This document shows positions 15,749 through 23,959 of a stretch of 26,365 nt of DNA, one piece after another (the first letter of the stretch is position 1; each line of letters starts with the position of its first letter). The DNA comes from a virus (lineage: Duplodnaviria; Caudoviricetes), in IMG/VR virus record IMGVR_UViG_3300033417_000045, positions 1-26,365 of that record. One strand, given 5' to 3'. The notes under the pieces were generated by a model that saw nothing but the letters and a program-made list of their open reading frames with translations, did no database searches and was not told where the DNA came from. The translations under genes were made by a program, and so were the position numbers.

Positions 15749-17424
15749 TGCCCATCAGCACGCTCATCGCCAGCGGCAGCACTCCCCAGGTCGATGACCT
15801 GTGGGCGATCGCGTATCTGTTTAAGGCCGAATGGGGCACCGAGATTCTCGTCACGAACGAGTTCCGCACGACGATCGAAGAGTCCCTCAGCGATGCCGAG
15901 CAACGCCGCGGTCTGCGATCGACGCCGCAGCGAACCGTGTCTTTCGGTCTGCTCGCCCACACGCGAGAGCAGATCGCGAACCTGCAATCGCTCTCGATTC
16001 GTACGGGCATCAGTCGCAACCTCTTCCCCCTTGCCAGCGACATCTCCTTCCTGACCGCAGCCGCGACCTCGACCGACACGGTTCTGTGCGACACGGCCGA
16101 TCGCCGCTTCTCTGCGGGGATTCGCGTCGTCGTGTTCTCACCGACGAGCGAGCCGGAAATCGAAACGTGGGAGATCGCCGAAATCTACTCCCTCGACGGA
16201 ACCTCGATCTCGATGACGGAGAACCTGACGAACAACTATCCCGCAGGCGCGGGAGTTATCCCCTTATTCGAAGCGGGTTTAATCCTCACATCGAGCGGGG
16301 ACATTTTGACGGACAACACCGCGAGGATGAGCATCGAGGCTCTGGAGACGACCGGGAAGATGCTCCCCGTCGTCAACGCCATCGGCACGAACCCGACCAG
16401 CTTCCCGACTCACGCGAGCTTGCCGATTCTGAACGTCCTGCCCCACTACGAAGAGATGGGATGGGGCACGAGTCGCAAAGGGTCGCTCCTGGCGTCCGGC
16501 CTCGGATCGATCGCCACGGCCCACGGCACCCGAGGCAGCCGCACGCGATCCCTGCCGTTCATCGCCTCGACGCGGGCGGAAGCCTTCGCACTGTTGCGAT
16601 TCTTCGAGTCTCGCGGCGGCAGCCTGCACCCGTTCTGGTTGCCCGATCCTTTGACCGAGTTCACGGCTACCGGCGTCACAGGCGGCGGGTCGGGGATCGT
16701 GCTTACGTCCGTGGGGCTATCTTACGACTGGACCTTCCGCCCCTTCCTCGCGATCGAGTTGAACGATGGCACGACCTACGTTCGAGGGGTCGATGAGGTT
16801 GTCCGCAATGCGGGCCAGGATACTGTCACTTTCGATAGCTCGATCGGGGGTCTGTCTCTAAGCGACATCCGCCGCGTGGCGTCGGCGATCAAATGCCGCT
16901 TCGCGTCCGACGAGATGAAAGAACTCTGGGCGAGCAACCACGTCATGCGGACGGCCTTCGACGTGATCGAACTCACGAACGAAAAGAGCGTCACGATCAG
17001 CAACCTCGTCAAGCTGACTTCGTCCGATCTCGCGACGGCTCATTCGATCGGTAACTGCGAAGGCTTCACAGTCTGTAGCGTCAACGCACTCTCTCAAGGC
17101 GACCTGGAAGTCATCCACGAGAGCAACCCTGACTTCACACACGATCTGTTCTTCATTGACGCAGTTACAGTGGGGGCCAGTGTCACACTGACATGGCGAG
17201 GAGACACAAACGAGGGCAACGGCAATTACGGTGTCGTACTCCTGATAATCGACAGCGATTCATCCTGTTCGATATCTCTTCACTACACCATCTATAACTC
17301 TTCCGATGCCGTCGTAAATACGGTACTGACAGGAGTGAATGTTACATCGGATCTGACCATCGACACGGGCGAGATCAACGGCATCAGTGTCCAAGGCGCT
17401 CTTACTTTCGACTTTGATATATGA
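15748..17424 (+). CDS. Distal tail (Dit-like) protein with C-terminal accessory extension, 558 aa
   Basis: ATG overlaps the TMP stop (TAATG). EQRRGLRSTPQR and FFESRGGSLHPFWLP resemble DUF2460/gpM-like Dit motifs, apparently as two tandem modules. Start moved from 15412. Confidence 0.7.
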   Translation: MPISTLIASGSTPQVDDLWAIAYLFKAEWGTEILVTNEFRTTIEESLSDAEQRRGLRSTPQRTVSFGLLAHTREQIANLQSLSIRTGISRNLFPLASDISFLTAAATSTDTVLCDTADRRFSAGIRVVVFSPTSEPEIETWEIAEIYSLDGTSISMTENLTNNYPAGAGVIPLFEAGLILTSSGDILTDNTARMSIEALETTGKMLPVVNAIGTNPTSFPTHASLPILNVLPHYEEMGWGTSRKGSLLASGLGSIATAHGTRGSRTRSLPFIASTRAEAFALLRFFESRGGSLHPFWLPDPLTEFTATGVTGGGSGIVLTSVGLSYDWTFRPFLAIELNDGTTYVRGVDEVVRNAGQDTVTFDSSIGGLSLSDIRRVASAIKCRFASDEMKELWASNHVMRTAFDVIELTNEKSVTISNLVKLTSSDLATAHSIGNCEGFTVCSVNALSQGDLEVIHESNPDFTHDLFFIDAVTVGASVTLTWRGDTNEGNGNYGVVLLIIDSDSSCSISLHYTIYNSSDAVVNTVLTGVNVTSDLTIDTGEINGISVQGALTFDFDI

Positions 17425-18275
17425 CCCAGACAGCTATAGAAACCTCACCGGCCGTCAAGTACGCGATCCTCATCACCCTCTCATGGGGCGACGCGAATGT
17501 CGCTCGCTATTGCAAGTGGGACAGCGATCTGACCGTGGACGCTCAAACATTCACCGCCGAACCTACGCTCCGCGTCTCAATGGACAAGCCGCAGCATGGC
17601 GGCACGGACGACTCGGCGATCGAGATTCAGGCATCGCCGATGATCTCGCCACTGGATCAACTCGTCGTCCCTCGGCCGCACGCAGCCGTATCCGTCACGG
17701 TCGAGGAAGTCGTCCCCGGCGACGACACGAGCCGGCAAACGCTCTTCGTCGGCACCATCAGCAAGGCATCGGCCAAGCCCCGGCGCCGTGGTGGTCTCGC
17801 GACTTTCAAAGTGATCTCGGCCAAGGCCCGGCTTCAGGCCGTACTCGGCGTCCCCGCCGTCTCGACGTGCGTGTGGGTCTTCGGGGACTCGCACTGCGGC
17901 TTTGATCTGCCCGCAGCCACGCTCACGGGCACGATCACGGAAATGGACTCGGGCGGGGTGCCGAATAGGATCAAGATCGATTTCGACACGCTCCCGGAAG
18001 CGGATGTCCGCAAGTGGAGAAGGGGCTACGTCGAATACGACGGACTCCGCATCGCGATCCGCGAGCTCTACATCGCTGACATCGACGTAGGCACGCCAGT
18101 CCCTATCCGCCTGGACCTGGCCAGCTTCCCCCCCGCCTCGTGGGATGACGCGGAAGTGTCGATCGTGCCCGGATGCGACAAGCAAATCGGCACCTGCCGT
18201 TTCCATGAAAGGGAGAGCAGGTTCGGCGGCTTCGGGATCGCGATGCCCAACAAGAACCCCCTATTTGAAGTGTAA
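17421..18275 (+). CDS. Tail tip hub protein (DUF2163 / BR0599, lambda gpL-like)
   Basis: CVWVFGDSHCG and PGCDKQIGTC...RFGGF..P.KNP give the four-cysteine signature. ATGA coupling to the upstream gene. Confidence 0.85.
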   Translation: MTQTAIETSPAVKYAILITLSWGDANVARYCKWDSDLTVDAQTFTAEPTLRVSMDKPQHGGTDDSAIEIQASPMISPLDQLVVPRPHAAVSVTVEEVVPGDDTSRQTLFVGTISKASAKPRRRGGLATFKVISAKARLQAVLGVPAVSTCVWVFGDSHCGFDLPAATLTGTITEMDSGGVPNRIKIDFDTLPEADVRKWRRGYVEYDGLRIAIRELYIADIDVGTPVPIRLDLASFPPASWDDAEVSIVPGCDKQIGTCRFHERESRFGGFGIAMPNKNPLFEV

Positions 18276-18280
18276 AAGAT

Positions 18281-18853
18281 ATGACGCATGGATGCGATGG
18301 TTGCGGCGGAGAAAGCATTCAGGAAGTGACGGCCTCGCTCATCGCGAGACCTCCCTACCCTGGATGGTACTTATGGCGTCGTCGCCCCGACATCGAAGAA
18401 AATCTGCACCGAGAACTCCTGCGGTGGCTCGGCACCCCGTACATGGCAGGGCAGCGCGTCCGTGGCATCGGCGTGGACTGCGTGCAACTGATCGCAGGCA
18501 TCTTCGACAACCTCTTCCGCAGACCCTCGCCCACGCCCGTTCCTCGACTCAGGGCCGACACCGCGATCCATTGCCCCGACAAGGGCTTCGCCACGGTCAA
18601 AGCCCTTCTGACGGCCTTCCCGTGCGATGACGTGGACGCAGAAAAGATCATCGAACCCGGCGATGTCCTCGTCGTCCGTGCGTCCTTCGATCAGAACGGC
18701 CCTGCGAACCTGGGGCACTGTCTGATCGCAGGAACAGAAACACACACTGCCATTCACGCGATCCTGCCCAACGGCGTGTGCATGGCAGGCACGAGGGCGG
18801 TCGGCGAGATCCTGAAGGTCTACAGGCCAAAGGAGAAACACCTATGGGCCTGA
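18281..18853 (+). CDS. Tail-associated NlpC/P60 family peptidase (lambda gpK-like)
   Basis: RWLGTPY...GVDCVQL, PGDVL, GHCLI, IHA: catalytic Cys and His residues present. Exact start uncertain. Confidence 0.85.
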   Translation: MTHGCDGCGGESIQEVTASLIARPPYPGWYLWRRRPDIEENLHRELLRWLGTPYMAGQRVRGIGVDCVQLIAGIFDNLFRRPSPTPVPRLRADTAIHCPDKGFATVKALLTAFPCDDVDAEKIIEPGDVLVVRASFDQNGPANLGHCLIAGTETHTAIHAILPNGVCMAGTRAVGEILKVYRPKEKHLWA

Positions 18854-21066
18854 TTACCCAACTCGTCATCGGCATCGGCCTGTTGCTGATCTCGCGGCTG
18901 CTTTACAAACCCCCCAAGAACGCTAACAGCTTCGAGGATGACAAGCCGACCACGCTCACCAATCGAGGGGCGTATATCCCGATCCTGCTCGGCACCCGCA
19001 AGATCGGCTACGTCTTTGGATGGGCAGGCGATCGCATGTCTCAATCCACCTCCAGCGGCGGCAAAGGCTTCGGCGGCGGAGGGTCCGGGGCCTCCGATTG
19101 GTACGAGAGCGGATGGCATCTGCTATGTGTCGGTCCCGCCACGAAGCTGCACGCGATCTACGAAGACGGCAAAGCGATCTGGGCAGGCCCGATCGACTCG
19201 ACGACGACCCCGTCCGGTTCGACCGTCTCCGTGCCGGGGCATGGCTCATTCACGATTTATTGGGGATCACAGGATCAGGCCGCGAACGCCTTCCTCGGCA
19301 ACACGACCCGCGTCGGCATCACCAGCGGATGGCCAAACGTCTGCTACATCGTCTGGAACCAGAAAAAACTCGGCACTTCGCCGACATGGCCCGCGATCGA
19401 ATACACGGTGACTGCCGGATGTCCGGGCGGCGGTCTCGAAGACTCCAACTACTGGCTCAGCGGCGACGGCATCAACCCCGCCCATGCGGTTCAGCAACTC
19501 CTCACAGGCAAGTTCCCCCACGGCGTCGGAATGGCCGCTTCGCAGGTCGATAACGACTCCCTGGAGGCTCTGGGCGAATTGGCGGAGTCCGAGAGCCATT
19601 CGGCCCACATCCTCGTCTCCGAAGGCCCTGAAGCAGCCAGGCCCATGCAAGCGATCCTCGACGACACGGGAACGATGATGCCCCTCGTCGATGGACGACT
19701 GACCTTCGCGCCGATCCGCGCCCCCTCGGGCGATCTGCCCGCGTTCGATGACGATGTGATCGCTCCCCCGGACACGGAGCGAGACATCGACCACGGCGAC
19801 GAAAGGATCAATCGCATCATCTTCACCTTCAAGACGGGCGAAGCCGACTCGTACCGTGACACCGACATCAAAATCGACAACGACGCCGACGCGGATCTCT
19901 CGACCGTCTCGACGCAAACAGTAACGATCGAGACCGCAACCGATAGCTCCGTCGCCAGCATGATCGCTCGCCGGCGATCTCAGGCCCTCTCCGTGCGAGG
20001 CGCGATCAAGATCGAGGCCCTCCGAGCGGCGAGACAACTTGTCGCCGGCCAGGCGTTCGAGCATCCCGACTTCGGCGTGCTTCGCGTGACTTCCATCACC
20101 CGCAACGACGAGACGGCCCGCGTGACGCTGGAGTGCTCCCCGGACACTTACGCGGTGCCTGATGTGGATCACGAACAGGACACCTACAGCACGGACTCGC
20201 CCACCCTCGCTGTCGAGGAAGACATCGCCTTCGCATGGCTTCAAGTTCCTGAAGCGATCTCGCCGACGCCGGCGATCATCGTTCTCCGCATTCGCGCCCA
20301 CGGCCAGATCGCGGGGGCGGGCATCTACCTCAGCGGTGACGATGCTTCCTTCTCGCGTGCCGGGAATCAGGACTACGCGGCATCGGGAGGTTTGCTCGAA
20401 GATGGCCTCGCCGATTCGACCGGAGACATTGTCGAGACCGGCCCCGTGTTCGAGGCCGACAACGCCGACGCCGCGGCGATCCTCGATCTCTCTGGCGATC
20501 CGACTTCATGGACGGCGGGCAAGCAGATCGCCATCATCAACGATGAAGTGTTCTTCCTCGAATCCGTCACCGTCCAGGCCGAGAGCGAGTGGGAAACGGA
20601 GACTACCTACGCTCTCGACGACGTTGTCGTGCCGACCACGAGCACCGGGCTTCGCTACATCTGCACCACGGCGGGCGACAGTGACGAGGAAGAACCCGAG
20701 TGGCCTACCGAGGCCGGAGAAACCGTCGTGGACGGGACAGCGGTCTGGACGGCCCATCACTATGCCTACCAGATGAACAACCTCATCCGGGCCAGGTACG
20801 ACTCCGTCAAGGGCACTCATGCCGCGGACGATCGCGTGTTCATCGCCGACGCCGACTCCCTTTCGATCATCAAGCACTCCCTCGTTTTCCCCGGCGCGAG
20901 CCTCTGCGTGAAGACGGAACCTTTCACGCCTGCACAGACCGTCGATATCGCCACAGTCGATTCGGTGTGCGGCGACGTGGTCGGGGCCGATGGCGTCAAC
21001 TATCGAGAGACTTCTGCCGGAGACGGCCGCATGACAACAACCGGCGACATCCGAATCACCGACTAA
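18844..21066 (+). CDS. Central tail fibre / host-specificity protein (lambda gpJ or GTA megatron-like), 740 aa
   Basis: ATG at 18844 with AAGGAG RBS. Hydrophobic N-terminus plus G.YIPILLGTRKIG; INPAHAV; DGRLTFAPIR; NDEVFF...LIRARYDS..THAADDRVF. Confidence 0.85.
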   Translation: MGLITQLVIGIGLLLISRLLYKPPKNANSFEDDKPTTLTNRGAYIPILLGTRKIGYVFGWAGDRMSQSTSSGGKGFGGGGSGASDWYESGWHLLCVGPATKLHAIYEDGKAIWAGPIDSTTTPSGSTVSVPGHGSFTIYWGSQDQAANAFLGNTTRVGITSGWPNVCYIVWNQKKLGTSPTWPAIEYTVTAGCPGGGLEDSNYWLSGDGINPAHAVQQLLTGKFPHGVGMAASQVDNDSLEALGELAESESHSAHILVSEGPEAARPMQAILDDTGTMMPLVDGRLTFAPIRAPSGDLPAFDDDVIAPPDTERDIDHGDERINRIIFTFKTGEADSYRDTDIKIDNDADADLSTVSTQTVTIETATDSSVASMIARRRSQALSVRGAIKIEALRAARQLVAGQAFEHPDFGVLRVTSITRNDETARVTLECSPDTYAVPDVDHEQDTYSTDSPTLAVEEDIAFAWLQVPEAISPTPAIIVLRIRAHGQIAGAGIYLSGDDASFSRAGNQDYAASGGLLEDGLADSTGDIVETGPVFEADNADAAAILDLSGDPTSWTAGKQIAIINDEVFFLESVTVQAESEWETETTYALDDVVVPTTSTGLRYICTTAGDSDEEEPEWPTEAGETVVDGTAVWTAHHYAYQMNNLIRARYDSVKGTHAADDRVFIADADSLSIIKHSLVFPGASLCVKTEPFTPAQTVDIATVDSVCGDVVGADGVNYRETSAGDGRMTTTGDIRITD

Positions 21067-21077
21067 GGAACACAGAC

Positions 21078-21335
21078 ATGGCCAACAAACGAATCAGTGA
21101 CCTGACCGCCGACACCGCTCCGGGCGACGACGCCCTGATCGAGGTCGAGACCGCCGCAGGCGACTCCCGCAAGGTAACGATGGTCAACTCCATCGCAGGC
21201 AACGTGCCCGTTCGCACGGACGCGACTCGCGGCGCGGCAGGGACCGCAGGGCGTGTGGTCTTCAATTCCGACGACGGGGCCTTGAACATCGACGACGGGA
21301 CGAACTGGACCCTGCCGGACGGCACAACGACTTGA
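21078..21335 (+). CDS. Very short tail fibre-like protein, 85 aa
   Basis: AAGGA RBS. MANKRISDL...SRKVT is a common fibre N-terminal motif, and G.VVFNSDDGALNIDDGTNW is a common fibre beta motif. Start moved from 20700. Confidence 0.65.
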   Translation: MANKRISDLTADTAPGDDALIEVETAAGDSRKVTMVNSIAGNVPVRTDATRGAAGTAGRVVFNSDDGALNIDDGTNWTLPDGTTT

Positions 21336-21355
21336 ATTGAGTATCATTTGTGACG

Positions 21356-21400
21356 GGCCTCGATCCGGTCGTTGATCCTACCGCGATCGGGGCCTTTTTT
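21356..21400 (+). terminator. Rho-independent terminator ending the tail operon
   Basis: GGCCTCGATC-CGGT...ACCG-C-GATCGGGGCC stem (one G-U pair, one bulge) plus TTTTTT. Confidence 0.8.
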
Positions 21401-21412
21401 CTGCGCGCGTAC

Positions 21413-21441
21413 TTGATTGGTAGAGAGGTAGCGCGTACTGT
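21413..21441 (+). promoter_or_regulatory. Candidate sigma70-type promoter giving a leaderless methyltransferase mRNA
   Basis: TTGATT (21413-21418), 17-nt spacer, TACTGT (21436-21441). ATG is 5 nt further on with no properly spaced SD. Confidence 0.45.
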
Positions 21442-21446
21442 ATAGT

Positions 21447-22556
21447 ATGTCCTACCTCATCGAAGAAGGCGACGCGGCAAACCTGCCGCTGGATGATAAA
21501 AGCGTCGATCTCGTGTTCTGCTCGCCTCCCTACGAGGCCGCGAGAACCTACGGGATCGACTTCAAGCTGCGAGGGCAGGATTGGGTCGATTGGGCGGTGA
21601 AGTGCTTCCTGGAGCACCTGCGGGTCTGCCGCGGCCTCGTAGCGTGGGTGATCGAAGGGCAGACGCGGAAGTTTCGATGGTCCGCGACCCCGGCCCTGTT
21701 CATGGCCGACCTTCACCGTGCCGGCGTCCGTCTTCGCAAGCCTCCCGTGTTCCATCGCATCGGCATCCCCGGAAGCGGGGGGCCGGACTGGCTTAGGAAC
21801 GATTACGAGTTCATCGTCTGCGGCACGAACGGCGGCAAACTGCCGTGGAGTGATAATACGGTGATGGGGCATCCGCCAAAGTGGGCGCCGGGCGGGGAGA
21901 TGAGTAATCGACACGCGGACGGGAAGCGGAAAAACAGCAGGGACAAATCCGATACAAGAGCAGCAAGATTGAATCAATGGGGGCACTCGATCAACAGCGG
22001 AGCGACAGTGGTTGATGAGAGCGGCGTCGTGCGTAGCGAGGGAAAACGTCCGTCACATAAAGCGTGGACGGCAAACCGCCGCGCCGATGGAACGATGGAA
22101 CCGTGGGATTATGTCCCGCCTGCCAAAGCCAACCCTGGCAACGCGATCAAACAAGCCTACACCTCGGACGAGGTCGCCGCACTACTCTCGGAGGCGGGGG
22201 ATACGACCCATCACAACGTCGGCGGCGGCGTGATGGGGGATCGTCTCTGTCACGAGAACGAAGCCCCTTTCCCCGAATCACTGGCCGAGTTTTTCGTTCG
22301 ATCCTTCTGCCCGCCCGGAGGCATCGTCTGCGATCCGTTCTCCGGCTCGGGCACGACTGCGGCCGTCGCAAACAAATGGGGCCAGCACGCGATCGGCTTC
22401 GACATCAGGGCCTCTCAGATCGAGCTCGCTCATCGCCGACTGGCGAAGATCACGTTCGGCGAAGCCCTCACGCAGCCACCGCCCGAATCGGATAGTAACT
22501 CTCCAAGCCTTGCTCTCGATCCCACAGATACAACTCTGCCTCTTGAGGCTGCTTAA
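21447..22556 (+). CDS. Orphan beta-class amino DNA methyltransferase (N6_N4_Mtase; SPPY suggests N4-cytosine)
   Basis: SVDLVFCSPPY (motif IV) near the N-terminus; APFPESL...SFCPPGGIVCDPFSGSGTT (motif I) near the C-terminus. Confidence 0.92.
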   Translation: MSYLIEEGDAANLPLDDKSVDLVFCSPPYEAARTYGIDFKLRGQDWVDWAVKCFLEHLRVCRGLVAWVIEGQTRKFRWSATPALFMADLHRAGVRLRKPPVFHRIGIPGSGGPDWLRNDYEFIVCGTNGGKLPWSDNTVMGHPPKWAPGGEMSNRHADGKRKNSRDKSDTRAARLNQWGHSINSGATVVDESGVVRSEGKRPSHKAWTANRRADGTMEPWDYVPPAKANPGNAIKQAYTSDEVAALLSEAGDTTHHNVGGGVMGDRLCHENEAPFPESLAEFFVRSFCPPGGIVCDPFSGSGTTAAVANKWGQHAIGFDIRASQIELAHRRLAKITFGEALTQPPPESDSNSPSLALDPTDTTLPLEAA

Positions 22557-23745
22557 CGTAGCCGCTTTCGGCGTGCCATGCGTCCGTACCCGAGAGCGTC
22601 GGGATCACCCGCACGCGGACACCTTCGTAAGTGTCGCCGGCGTTGTAGCGGTCCTCTTTCTTCTTGTGGAAGTGGCCGATGTGCCACTCGCGGTACTTCG
22701 CCGCGGCGAACTCCATCGGGGCCTCGATCGCCATCAAGCGAGGTAGCGTCTCCTGCTTGCCCGTATTGCCATGAGTGTATCCGAGCAGGCTCACGCCCCA
22801 CTGTTTATACTTCCGCGACAAGGGACGCAGATCGACCTCGACCTTCTTCGTGTGCAGGTATCTCTCGTTCAGAGCATGGCAGAGTGTAAAGGTAAGTAGA
22901 GGGTCGTGGTTGCCCTTCACTTCGACGATCTCCACCGGCGCGACTTGAGCGAACATCTCCACCGCCCACGCCAACACTTCATACGTGGCCAGGTACGCTT
23001 TCTGGATGCGGGAATCGACATCGAGTCGCGTGCCCTTCTCCGTCGTGCCCTGAGCATTGTTGGCGTGAAGGAGGTCGTTCCCGAGCGGGAACAGGATCTT
23101 CGAGACCTTGTACGACGACATCTTCGAGATCATCCCCTCCACCGCGGACTTGAACCGTCGCACCGCAATTTTCGTGTCGTAGTCCTCTCCCGTCTCCTCG
23201 CCCCACGCCAGCTTGCCGAAGTGCATGTCGAACAAGCAAGCCTCGGCCATGATCGTGCCTTGCTTCGGACTGCGAATCGATAGCTTCGGGAACCTGGGGG
23301 CGTACTTCCGCAGCTTCTCGACCAGGGCATCGATCAGGACTTCCGTCTCGATCGGCGATCGGCGACGCAGCCACACCTTCACCTGCCAGAGCTCCATCGC
23401 CGCGAGTTTCTCGTTCTCCCCCTGTCCGAGCTTGGCGCCCATGTCCCACTTGTTGATGACGTGCCTCTCAACCTCCCACACCTTGGAATCGACATCGGCC
23501 GCGGCGAGGGCATCTTCGAGCGTTCGGATCGTCTTCGAGACGGCGGTGATGACACCGTCGCTCTCTGTCGCCTCGAACTGAAGTTTCTCGGAAGGCGTCG
23601 GAGAATTATCCGCAGCAGAGAGACGATCCCTTAGAGTGGATCGAGAAATGCCCAAGGCCCTTGACGCGGCACTTGCATTACCGTACTTGGTCAACGCCGC
23701 TTTAGCCTCTTCCACCTTCTCAGGGGACATGCTGTTGTGCGCCAT
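22468..23745 (-). CDS. Calcineurin-like metallophosphoesterase with N-terminal helix-turn-helix
   Basis: DMHFG, GNDLLH, GNHD, THG and GHFH are the five metal-binding motifs. GNASAASRALGISRSTLRDRL is a Fis-like HTH. GAGGAG RBS. Confidence 0.88.
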   Translation of the reverse strand: MAHNSMSPEKVEEAKAALTKYGNASAASRALGISRSTLRDRLSAADNSPTPSEKLQFEATESDGVITAVSKTIRTLEDALAAADVDSKVWEVERHVINKWDMGAKLGQGENEKLAAMELWQVKVWLRRRSPIETEVLIDALVEKLRKYAPRFPKLSIRSPKQGTIMAEACLFDMHFGKLAWGEETGEDYDTKIAVRRFKSAVEGMISKMSSYKVSKILFPLGNDLLHANNAQGTTEKGTRLDVDSRIQKAYLATYEVLAWAVEMFAQVAPVEIVEVKGNHDPLLTFTLCHALNERYLHTKKVEVDLRPLSRKYKQWGVSLLGYTHGNTGKQETLPRLMAIEAPMEFAAAKYREWHIGHFHKKKEDRYNAGDTYEGVRVRVIPTLSGTDAWHAESGYVKQPQEAELYLWDREQGLESYYPIRAVAA

Positions 23746-23959
23746 GGGGTATCTCCTCTTCCTTGAGTTTCTTCGCCACGGACGACGCTCCTTGTCCGTA
23801 GTCAGGGTCGATGTTAACGATTTGATAAATGACTTGAGCCGTCACGACACACCAACAACTCCGGTTCCGGCACACAAGCCGCTGCACCCTGCCGGTTGTG
23901 CCGACATCGTAGGTGTTGGTCACTCGCATCTCGGGATGTTCGCACCTTGGACATTTCAT
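23720..23959 (-). CDS. Ogr/Delta-like zinc-finger protein (putative late transcription activator)
   Basis: 79 aa with M-K-C-X2-C-X23-C-X4-C (P2 Ogr is C-X2-C-X22-C-X4-C). ATGA-coupled to terL. Confidence 0.65.
   Translation of the reverse strand: MKCPRCEHPEMRVTNTYDVGTTGRVQRLVCRNRSCWCVVTAQVIYQIVNIDPDYGQGASSVAKKLKEEEIPHGAQQHVP

Noticed and set aside
17060-21335. Diversity-generating retroelement target or invertible tail-fibre cassette
   Set aside because: No reverse transcriptase, TR/VR repeat pair, invertase or flanking inverted repeats seen in the window.
4851-21335. Gene transfer agent
   Set aside because: Tail tip genes are GTA-like, but the lambda-E capsid, 1482-aa tape measure, MTases and split packaging genes fit a true phage.
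21436-21453. TACTGTATAGTA resembling a LexA/SOS box
   Set aside because: Only a half site; CTG-N10 is followed by CCT, not CAG.
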